Of a DNA stretch of 24,117 nucleotides, positions 1 through 8,855 are shown in pieces; position 1 is the stretch's first letter; each line of letters begins with the position of its first letter. A program made the translations under genes and the position numbers. Origin of the DNA: Octopus sinensis (lineage: Eukaryota). The notes under the pieces were generated by a model that was not told the DNA's origin, did no database searches, and saw only the letters and a list, made by a program, of their open reading frames with translations. The stretch lies in NCBI RefSeq assembly GCF_006345805.1, contig NW_021836245.1, positions 1 to 24,117 of the forward strand, read 5' to 3'.

Positions 1-65
1 CACATGTACCAGCCTGCATGTACCTTTCTCAACACATGTAAGCAACACATGTACTAGTCTACATG

Positions 66-297
66 TTATTTCTTCAACACATGTATTAGTCTAAGTATTG
101 CTGCCAGCTGTGTACATCCAATAAAACCTGATATTTTCTGCTTATCATGTCAGACTATTGCTTCTTTTGAAACGGTCCCAAGTGCACCGACCACAATAGG
201 CACCATGTTCGCTTTTGTGGTTCTATGGACGTATTTCGCTTCCAGTCTTAAGTCTTTTTACTTCTCGATTTTCTTCTTCTTCTTCTTCACAATATTT
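66..297 (-). mobile_element. Decayed C-terminal restriction-like endonuclease (RLE) fragment of an R4/Dong/NeSL-type non-LTR retrotransposon
   Basis: Reading through the TAA at 258-260 in the same minus frame gives KIEK*KDLRLEAKYVHRTTKANMVPIVVGALGTVSK...QK...AAILR. This matches the RLE C-terminal pattern K-x-x-KY-x-DL...VP(I/V)V(I/V)GALG. There are two internal stops. Confidence 0.6.
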
Positions 298-775
298 GGA
301 TCTTTTCCGTTTGAACGGCAGTTTTTAAAAATAATTTCTATGTAACTAAAAAATTTTAAACTTCGTAAAGCACCCACTACACTCAGAGAGTGGTTGGCGT
401 TAGGAAGGGCATCCAGCTGTAGAAACACTGCCAGATCTGACTGGAGCCTGGTGCAGCCTTCTGGCTTCCCAGATCCCCGGTCGAACCGTCCAACCCATGC
501 TAGCATGGAAAACGGAAGTTAAATGAGGATGATGATGATGATGATGATATATACTGGTAGAATGTGTTTATAAAACATCTTTTTCTCTTGGCTTTATTGA
601 GAAAATTATGTAGTTTGTAAGATATTTGGTCTTTAATTTTTTGCATTTCGGCAATTTCAACCAATCAATGACGTCTATTGAGGTAAAAACATTCTGTGCC
701 ATAGTGTGTCAACAACATTTATTTCCGGCGTCATGTGAATTTGTCCCTGTTATTTATGAGAAAAAAGATACCGTG
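298..775. mobile_element. Partial copy of foldback (long-TIR) element family F1, interrupted by a SINE
   Basis: Starts GGATCTTTTCCGTTTGAACGGCAG like 1093. After the SINE at 368-548 it resumes with ATACTGGTAGAATGTG. It ends in sequence (ATTCTGTGCC...AAAAAAGATACC) that is the reverse complement of the core at ~1486-1570. Confidence 0.8.
368..548 (+). mobile_element. SINE family C (GGTTGGCGTTAGGAAGGGCATCC body, (GAT)n tail), 5'-truncated
   Basis: Near-identical to 12388-12638 and to the reverse complement of 5744-5930. It has a (GAT)n tail and splits the F1 motif CTTCGTA|TACTGG, which is intact at 1157-1169. Confidence 0.85.
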
Positions 776-1092
776 GCTTCCTCCTCCTACGCCTCCAACA
801 CTTACTATAACCTCCACCTCCTCCTCCTCCCCTCCCCCTCCCACCATTCTGTTCCATTTACAAATTCCTTCATTGTTCCTTGTTTTGCAGATTTCCCGGA
901 AGTTCTTTAACTTATCTTCACAAATACTTCAGTCTAGACTCATCTACTTCCTGTTACTTCCTGGCAGACATTTCCTCGTCTTCTTTCACTCCCGCTTATT
1001 GTTGTTGTTGTTCTTCGTGTTGTTGCTGTTATTATCTGCTCATCTTCTAACTGCTGTTTCTAGCGTTATTCATGCGGTTGTGGACATCTTTC

Positions 1093-1773
1093 GGATCTTT
1101 TCGGTTTGAACAGCAGTTTTTAAAAATAATTTCTATGTAACTAAAAAATTTTAAACTTCGTATACTGGTACAATGTGTTTATAAAACATCTTTTTCTCTT
1201 GGCTTTATTGAGAAAATTCTATAGTTTGTAAGATATTTGGTCTTTAATTTCTTGCATTTCGGCAATTTCAACCAATCAATGACGTCTATTGAGGTGAAAA
1301 CGATTTCTAGGTAACTAAACACTTTTAAACTTCATATACTGGTAGAATGTGTTTATAAAACATCTTTTTCTCTTGGCTTTATTGAGAAAATTCTATAGTT
1401 TATAAGACATTTCGTCTAAAATTTCTTGCATTTCAGCAATTTTAACCAATCGCTGACAGTCCATTTAGGGTTAGGGGTGGGGCAAGGGTATCTTTTTTTC
1501 TTCACAAATGTAAATAAACCCAATCTGTTTCTTAAACGAGGGACATATTCATATGGCACAGAATGCTTTCACCTCAATAGACGGTCAGCGATTGGTTAAA
1601 ATTGACGAAATGCAATAAATTTTAGACAAAATATGTTACAAACTCTAGAATTTTCTCAATAAAGCCAAGAGAAAAATATGTTTTATAAACACATTCTACC
1701 AGTATACGAAGTTTAAAATTTTTTAGTTACCTAGAAATTATGTAAAAAACTGCCGGTCAAACCGAAAAGATCC
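1093..1773. mobile_element. Foldback non-autonomous DNA transposon F1 (~205-bp TIRs, GG termini, 8-bp TSD; Merlin- or Mutator-like)
   Basis: Arms 1093-1300 and 1567-1773 are reverse complements (GGATCTTTTCGGTTTGA...). Direct repeat CATCTTTC flanks it at 1085-1092 and 1774-1781. There is an extra partial arm at 1304-1463 and TTAGGGTTAGGGGTGGGG at 1465-1482. Confidence 0.85.
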
Positions 1774-1846
1774 CATCTTTCTTGGTGATGTTTCATTTTG
1801 TGTTTTAGAGAGTGAAACTACGAAAGTCAGCAAATATCCACATGAA

Positions 1847-2126
1847 AGGCACAGGCGTGGTTGTGTGGTAAGAAGTTCACTTTCCGACCATATGGGGTTC
1901 CGAGTTCAGTCCCACTGCGTGGCACATTAGGCAAGCGTCTTTTACTATAGCTTCGGGCTGACCAGAGTTTTGCGAGTGGATTTGGTAGACGGAAACTGAA
2001 AGAAGCTCGTTGTATATATTCTCTTATTTATATTCTGGCCACCTAACTCTCCAGACTCCAACCCCCATGTGGGGCACAAGGCCTTGTGAGTGGATTTGGT
2101 AGATGGAAACTGAAAGAAGCCCATTG

Positions 2127-2165
<39 letters not shown>

Positions 2166-2375
2166 TTGTCCCCCCAACGTCGCTTGACAACCAATGCAGG
2201 TGTGTTTATGTCCCTGTAACTTAGCGGTTCAGCAAAAGAGACCGATAGAATAAGTACTAGGCTAACAAAAAATAAGTCCTGGGGTCGATTTACTTGACTA
2301 AAGTTGGTGCTCCAAATCTTAAAGGTGGTACCCCTGTATGGTTGCAGTCCAATGACTGAAACAAGTAAAAGATAA
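1847..2375 (+). mobile_element. SINE family A (tRNA-derived head, internal (TA)n(TG)n, (AAAAGAGT)n-type tail), with internal duplication
   Basis: AGGCACAGGCGTGGTTGTGTGG head, B-box-like GAGTTCAGTCCC, and shared 3' end GACTGAAACAAGTAAAAG. Homologous to 4122-4552. Confidence 0.85.
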
Positions 2376-2824
2376 AAAAAACCCAATAAAGTAATGTAGG
2401 TTAACAAAGTAAAAGAACAACTTTTGCTAAACCATTACGCAGTGGAATACTTGCTTCATTTTGTCGATCCCAGTGATGCAACATTATTTTCCAAACACAA
2501 GTAAAAGAATTTATAGATTCAACAAAGCTAAATATCATGCTGTTTGTGGAATTCCACACTATCTCTTCTGAACTGACAAAGGTTTACTTGGCATCGGTTT
2601 AACAAAAATAAAATATGAGTTATATTACTACGAAAAGAAAACTCTGGTTTATCGTATAATGGTTTGGCAATTATCAGAAGTGTGGGAATGGAATTGGCTT
2701 CGTGGATGCAAAACCAATCCAAATTTTTTTATTAACAGTTGATTTTTTTTCAGTCTTGATATCAAAACAAACGCTAGGATAATAATAATGATTATTATTA
2801 TTATTATTATTAATATGTTTGTAA

Positions 2825-3039
2825 GGCGGCGAGCTGGCAGAAACGTTAGCACGAAGGGCGAAATGCTTAGCGGTATTTTGTCTGTTGCTACGTTCTGAGT
2901 TCAAATTCTGCTGAGGTCGACTTTGCATTTCATCCTTTCATGGTCAATACATTAAATACCAGTTGCGTACTGGGGTTGATCTAATCAACTGGCTCCCTCC
3001 CCAAAATTTTCGGGTCTTGTGTCTAGAGTAGAAAAGAAT
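2825..3039 (+). mobile_element. SINE family B (GGCGGCGAGCTGGCAG head; GAGGTCGACTTTGC..TTTCATCCTT core), full length
   Basis: Pol III-like boxes (TGGCAGAAACG, GAGTTCAAATTC). Homologous copies at 3055, 7893, 15738, 16785 and 17017. Confidence 0.8.
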
Positions 3040-3054
3040 ATATCTAAGGTGGAA

Positions 3055-3150
3055 GGCAGCGAGCTGGCAGAATCGTTAGCACGCCAGGTGAAATGCTTAG
3101 CAATATTTTACCTGTCGCTACGTTCTGAGTTCAAATTCTGCTGAGGTCAA
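3055..3150 (+). mobile_element. SINE family B head fragment in tandem with the previous copy
   Basis: GGCAGCGAGCTGGCAGAATCGTTAGC...GAGTTCAAATTCTGCTGAGGTCAA repeats the first ~95 bp of 2825. Confidence 0.8.
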
Positions 3151-3695
3151 ATTTGTAAAGTATATGTTCAACTGTAGAAATTGTTGTCTCAATATTGTTG
3201 TTAAAATTCCTGTGTTTTCGGAAAAATGCATTTTTCAACGTGAAGTGCGATTCTACATTAGCCCCGCAGTTCCATTGTCAGGTGCTTGAAAACTTGAAAA
3301 ACAGGTAAAATTTATTGAAATTTCAAAAATTATATCAGAACAATAGAATCACACACAGAAAAAAATATTTAAAAAAAAACTATGATAAAATCATGGGTTT
3401 TTGAGTGTTAATTCAATTAACATTGGACGGGATTAAAAATAAACACAAACAAAAACAAAAATGAACAAATATATCTGAGAACTTAATATAATACAAAAGA
3501 ACACTGTTGTTGTTGTTGTTACTACTGTTGTTGTTGTTAAAGCTATTGTCAGGGCTGTTAATATTGCCCTCTTCTCCCTCTTACAATTTGGGTTATCTAT
3601 CGTTTATCTGGTTTGTGTTTGAAAATAATGACATGATCTGGCTTCGTTAATGCTCCAAATGAATGGATAAATGCTATATTTCTGTACTTTGTACG

Positions 3696-4115
3696 CTTCA
3701 GTCATTTGACAGCGGCCATGCTGGAGCACTACCTTTAATCGAGCAAATCAATCTACCCAAGAACTTATTCTTAGTAAGCCTATTCTATTGGGCTCTTTTA
3801 CTGAACAACTAAGTTATGGGGATGTAAACACACCAAGCGGTGGTGGTGGGGACAAACACAGACACACAAACATATAGAGACACACACATACGTACATACA
3901 TACATACACACACACATATACCCACAAACACACACACACACACATACATATACAACAGGATTCTTTAGTTTCCGTCTACCAAATCCACTCACAAGGCTTT
4001 GGTCGGCTCGATGTTTTAGTAGAAGACACTCGCCCAAGGTGCCACGCAGTGGGACTGAACCCGGAACCATGTGGTTGATGAGCAAGCTACTTACCACACA
4101 GCCACTCCTCTGCCT
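3696..4115 (-). mobile_element. SINE family A, full length
   Basis: Reverse complement of 4122-4552 along its whole length, including the internal CA/TA microsatellite. Confidence 0.9.
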
Positions 4116-4121
4116 ATATAT

Positions 4122-4296
4122 AGGCACAGGAGTGGCTGTGTGGTAAGTAGCTTGTTTACCAACCACATGGTTCCGGGTTCAGTCCCGCTGTGTGGCACCT
4201 TGGGCAAGTGTCTTCTACTATAGCCCCGGGCCGACCAAAGCCTTGTGAGTGGATTTGGTAGACAGAAACTGAAAAGAAGGCCATCGTATATATATG

Positions 4297-4344
<48 letters not shown>

Positions 4345-4552
4345 TGTGTTTGTCCCCCTAGCATTGCTTGACAACCGATGCTGGTGTGTTTATGTCCCCG
4401 TCACTTAGCGGTTCGGCAAAAGAGACCGATAGAATAAGTACTGGGCTTACAAAGAATAAGTCCCGGGGTCGATTTGATTCGACTAAAAGCGGTGCTCCAG
4501 CATGGCCACAGTCAAATGACTGAAACAAGTAAAAGAGTAAAAGAGTAAGAGT
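4122..4552 (+). mobile_element. SINE family A, full length
   Basis: A-box TGGCTGTGTGG (4133-4143), B-box GGTTCAGTCCC (4176-4186), internal (TA)n(TG)n, and tail AAGTAAAAGAGTAAAAGAGTAAGAGT. Confidence 0.9.
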
Positions 4553-4729
4553 ATATATACATATGCACACACCCACCCACACCCACCCACACCCACTGAT
4601 ATATATATATGTATTGAACTGCATCAGGTCCTTTGTGCCCAGCGAACCTGCCGTTCCACATTGGTGTTTGTCATGCATCAGGACTTGAATATGAAAGGAC
4701 CTTTTTTTTTCTTCTAATTATCATAATGT

Positions 4730-4834
4730 CGTCACGTTAATCCTTTACCAAAACAAACAAGCAACGAAATATAAACTCGCAGTAAAACAAACCAAAAAAA
4801 AAAGAAGAAAGAAGAACAAACGAAAATGGTAAGT
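4730..4834 (+). promoter_or_regulatory. Candidate promoter/first exon ending in ATG followed by a splice donor (speculative)
   Basis: CGTCACGT (4730-4737), TATAAA (4770-4775), an A-rich leader, then AAAATG|GTAAGT (ATG 4826-4828, GT 4829). It lies in non-repetitive sequence. No downstream exon was identified. Confidence 0.2.
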
Positions 4835-4993
4835 GCAGTAATTCTTTGAAGAATGGTTGCATAATCCTGAATTTAAGATTAGCTTAAACAAGTTAGAAAA
4901 TTATAAAGAAGCCTGCTATTGTTATCGTATAATATTAAGCAGAGAAATTCAAATATATCTCTGCTAACAGAACACAAAGGCTGTTGTCGATAT

Positions 4994-5152
4994 AGGCACA
5001 GGCATGGATGCGTGGTAAGAAGTTTGCTTCTCAATCACAGGGTTCTGGGTTCAATCTCACTGTATGGTACCTTGGGCGAGTGTTTTCTACTATAAGCTTT
5101 GCTCTAACCAAAACCTTGTGAGTAGATTTGGTTGATGGAAGCTGAAAAAGGC
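4994..5152 (+). mobile_element. SINE family A 5' half (diverged)
   Basis: AGGCACAGGCATGGATGCGTGGTAAG...GGTTCAATCTC...AGATTTGGTTGATGGAAGCTGAAA. It stops just before the internal microsatellite. Confidence 0.75.
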
Positions 5153-5153
5153 C

Positions 5154-5551
5154 TCTTTCTCTTTTTACTTGTTTCAGTCATTTTGACTGCGGCCATGCTG
5201 GAGCACCGCCTTTAATCGAGCAACTCGACCCCAAAACTTATTCTTTTGTAAGCCCAGTACTTATTCTATCGGTCTCTTTTGCCGAACTGCTAAGTAACGG
5301 GGACGTAAACACACCAGCATCAGTTGTCAAGCAATGCTAGGAGAACAAACACAGACACACAAACATACACACACATATATATACATATATACGACGGGCT
5401 TCTTTCAGTTTCCGTCTACCAAATCCACTCACAAGGCTTTGGTCGGCCCGAGGCTATAGTAGAAGACACTTGCCCAAGGTGCCACGCAGTGGGAATGAAC
5501 CCGGAACCATGTGGTTGGTAAACAAGCTGCTTACCACACAGCCACTCCTGC
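5154..5551 (-). mobile_element. SINE family A, full length
   Basis: Reverse complement of 4122-4552: TTTTACTTGTTTCAGTCA ... CCACACAGCCACTCCTG. Confidence 0.9.
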
Positions 5552-5743
5552 TGTGTATATATAGTAGTCGCCATATTCCTTTCCATATCGGCTAACTCCG
5601 ATGAGCGTAAGGTTGTATATAAGCTTTTCTTCAGAAATAGAGGAAAGTCTAAAAGAAGGGAAGATGGAGGAAGAAAATTGCCAATGATTCACCTGTGGTT
5701 ATATTTATACTTACCTGGAAATGGATGCATGGCCTTCAATTAG

Positions 5744-6131
5744 ATCATCATCATCATCGTTTAACGTCTGCTTTCCATGCTAGCATGGGTTGGACGATTT
5801 GACTGAGGACTGGCGAACCAGATGGCTGCACCAGGCTCCAGTCTTGATCTGGCAGAGTTTCTACAACTGGATGCCCTTCCTAATGCCAACCACTCTGAGA
5901 GTGTAGTGGGTGCTTTTACGTGCCACCGGCATGAGGGCCAGTCAGGCGGTACTGGCAATGGCCATGCTCAAATGGTGTTTTTTACGTGCCACCTGCACAG
6001 GTGCCAGTCCAGTGGCACTGGCAATGATTTCACTCAAATGTTTTGTTCACGTGCCACCGGCACAAGTGCCAGTGAGGCGATGCTGGTAATGATCATGCTC
6101 GAATGGTGCTTTTTACATGCCACTGGCACGG
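5744..6131 (-). mobile_element. SINE family C with four ~66-bp internal tandem units
   Basis: (ATC)n tail at 5744-5758 and a GGATGCCCTTCCTAATGCCAACC body. TTTTACGTGCCACC-type motif recurs at ~5914, 5980, 6045 and 6111. Confidence 0.8.
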
Positions 6132-6340
6132 TCCGATAATAATAATAAATTATATATATACATATATATATATATATGAATATATGGGTAGAGGACATCA
6201 CCAACTGTGTAAACAACATGAAATATGTAGACAAACAAGTTAAATACGTAAACAAAGAGAGGAAAAAATGGAAAACAGGACAAGTAAATACAGAGAAATG
6301 ACCCTTCATTTACTCCTCATTTCGATTATATGTATATATA

Positions 6341-6343
6341 TAC

Positions 6344-6432
<89 letters not shown>

Positions 6433-6449
6433 ATATATATTATATATAT

Positions 6450-6492
<43 letters not shown>
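6341..6492. repeat. (TA)n microsatellite
   Basis: Long, nearly pure TA dinucleotide run. Confidence 0.95.
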
Positions 6493-6496
<4 letters not shown>

Positions 6497-6780
6497 GTGT
6501 GTGTTGTGTGTGTGTATCTGTGTGTGTGCGTGTGTGTTTGTATTTGTTCTCAATCACTGTTTGACAACCAGTGTGGGTGTGTGTTTATGTCCCCATAATA
6601 CCATAATATAGCAGTTTGTCAAAAGAGACGGATAGAGTAAGTACTAGGCTTAAAAAATAAGTCCTAGGGACCGATTTGTTTGATTAAAACCCTTCAAGGC
6701 ATTGCTCCAGCATGGTCACAGTCAAATGACTGAAACAAGTAAAAAAAAAAAAAACAAAAGAATAAAAGAATAAAAGAAAA
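6497..6780 (+). mobile_element. SINE family A 3' half
   Basis: (TG)n then TTGACAACCAGTG...AGAGTAAGTACTAGG...GCTCCAGCATGGTCACAGTCAAATGACTGAAACAAGT, with an A-rich (AAAAGAAT) tail. Confidence 0.8.
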
Positions 6781-7100
6781 ACGTCCACAATTTACTTTCA
6801 TTTTTTTAGGAACAATCTACATTCACTTTATTATTGTTGAAAGAAAACATCACCAAGTGTTTTGCTAATTAAATAGATAAATAGTGTCTGGCCTCTTATA
6901 CGTAATACAGAGTGGGGAGAAAATTTGATTAACGAAGATTATCTCAGCATTTAATGGACAAAACCTTTTGTCTGTTAATTGATTTTGTCCAGTAATAATT
7001 GCAGTGATAATCTCATTAAATTGATGAGTTATTTTTGTTTTGTTTTCTTCGGGATTACCGGATTTCGTTTTAATCCTTCTGGGACCGATTAAAAACGGTG

Positions 7101-7308
7101 TCTTTTGCTTGTTTTAGTCATCCAACTGCAGCCATAAAGGACCACCACCTTCAAGGGTTCAGTTTGAACAAAGCAGCCCCCAGTGTTCGTTTTGTTAAGT
7201 CTAGGACTTATTTCGTTGGTCTCCTTTTGCTGAGCAGCTAAGTTATGGGGTCACAAGACAGACGAATGCCTATTGTCAAGGAGTGCAGGCAGGGCAACAA
7301 GCACAATG
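7101..7308 (-). mobile_element. Degenerate SINE family A 3' half
   Basis: TCTTTTGCTTGTTTTAGTCA..ACTGCAGCCAT...GGTCTCCTTTTGCTGAGCAGCTAAGTTATGGGG...TTGTCAAG aligns by eye to other minus copies and runs into the CATA array. Confidence 0.55.
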
Positions 7309-7324
7309 ACATACATACACACAC

Positions 7325-7367
<43 letters not shown>

Positions 7368-7582
7368 AGCATACATACATACATACACACATACATACAC
7401 ACATACATACACACATGCACACATACATACATACATACATACACACATACATACATACACACACACACATACATACATACATACATACAGACACACATAC
7501 ATGCATACATACATACATACATACATACATGCATACATACATACACACACACACACATACATACATACATACAGACACACAT
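7309..7582. repeat. (CATA)n/(CA)n microsatellite array
   Basis: Tandem CATA with CA and TA interruptions. Confidence 0.95.
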
Positions 7583-7800
7583 ATATTATTGGGGCCCTGG
7601 GATATATAACACATTGCCTAAATACCAATCTTGAGGAATTAGGCTTCTCAAAACCAGAAAGGAGAAAGCTAATTCCAAGACTACAGATCCAATCCATCAC
7701 TGGAACTGTAAAAATCTGTAAAACTTTCCAGAAGTTTATCATTTAAATCTATATATGATCATGTCTAGATATGCAAGTACATGCATGAGAACACATACAT
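7583..7800 (+). mobile_element. 5'-truncated RLE-type (R4/Dong/NeSL-like) non-LTR retrotransposon 3' end embedded in (CATA)n
   Basis: 7585-7746 translates without stops to IIGALGYITHCLNTNLEELGFSKPERRKLIPRLQIQSITGTVKICKTFQKFII*. This is the (I/V)IGALG...LQ...GT pattern of RLE C-termini. A short 3' UTR is followed by CATA repeats to 7874. Confidence 0.7.
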
Positions 7801-7892
7801 AAAGCATACATACATACACGCATGCATACATACATACATACATACATACATACAAATACCACATACATACATACTTAAACATGAGGAATAAG

Positions 7893-8033
7893 TAACTGGT
7901 ACTTTATTTATCGACCCAGAAAGAGTGAAAGCCAAAGTCAACCTTGGCAGAATTTGAACTCACAATATAAAGGCAGACGAAATACTGCCAAGCATTTCAC
8001 CCAGTGTGCTAACATTTCTGCCAGTTCACCGCC
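7893..8033 (-). mobile_element. SINE family B fragment
   Basis: AACTGGTACTTTATTATCGACCC...GAATTTGAACTC...CTGCCAGTTCACCGCC is the reverse complement of 2825-2965. Confidence 0.75.
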
Positions 8034-8034
8034 A

Positions 8035-8824
8035 TATTAAGCCCAGATATTGGATCAGTTTTATGTTCAAACTAACCAGATCTGGCCTCTTTTACCTACC
8101 CTACAATGCCATTCTAAAAATAAACGATCACATGATTGAAATGTCAAAGCATGATTAATCCAAACAATGAATAAATAAGGATTGCATTTGACAATGCTAA
8201 GAGGTTAGACTAGCCAGATCCAGCCTCTCACACCTATCCTACAATGTCATTCTAAAATTAATAAACAATTACATCATTGAAATCTCAGAGCTATAGGATA
8301 AAGCATGATTAATTCAAAACAATGTGAATAGATATTACATTTGATTTTGATAGTAATCTGAATTCTAAGAGGTTAAACTAAGCACTTCCTGCCCAAATAT
8401 CCTACTAGTTCTATGTTCAAACTGGCCACATCCGGCCCTCTCCGGCACTTTACATCATTCAAAGAATTGTCATATCATTGAAATCTCAAAAGCCATGAGA
8501 TAATGCATAATTCAGAAGATTGTGAATAAATAATTACATTTGATGGAGTAATCTGAATGCTAAGAGATTAAACCAGCCGTATTAAGCCCAAATATTGGAT
8601 CAGTTTTATGTTCAAACTAGCCACATCTAGCATCTTTTACCTAGCCTACAATGCCATTCTAAAAATAAACAATTTTAGTAGCTTGCTTACCAACCACATG
8701 TTTCCGGGTTCAGTCCCACTGCGTGGCACATTGGGCAAGTGTCTTCTGCTATAGCCTTGGGCCAACTAAAGCCTTGTGAGTGGATTTGGTAGACGGAAAC
8801 TGAAAGAAGCCCGTTGTATATATG

Positions 8825-8855
<31 letters not shown>

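Noticed and set aside
626-1109. Overlapping 94-aa and 124-aa ORFs
   Set aside because: Composed of F1 sequence and low-complexity CCT/TTG runs.
2400-2760. Possible coding exon in unique AT-rich sequence
   Set aside because: Only short open frames and weak splice signals; nothing recognisable.
5590-5650. Hammerhead ribozyme (CCGATGAG)
   Set aside because: The core deviates from CTGATGA and no correctly placed GAAA or supporting stems were found.
6185-6325. Penelope-like terminal repeat fragment
   Set aside because: Only a vague recollection of a similar repeat; no diagnostic motif survives and there is a single copy in the window.
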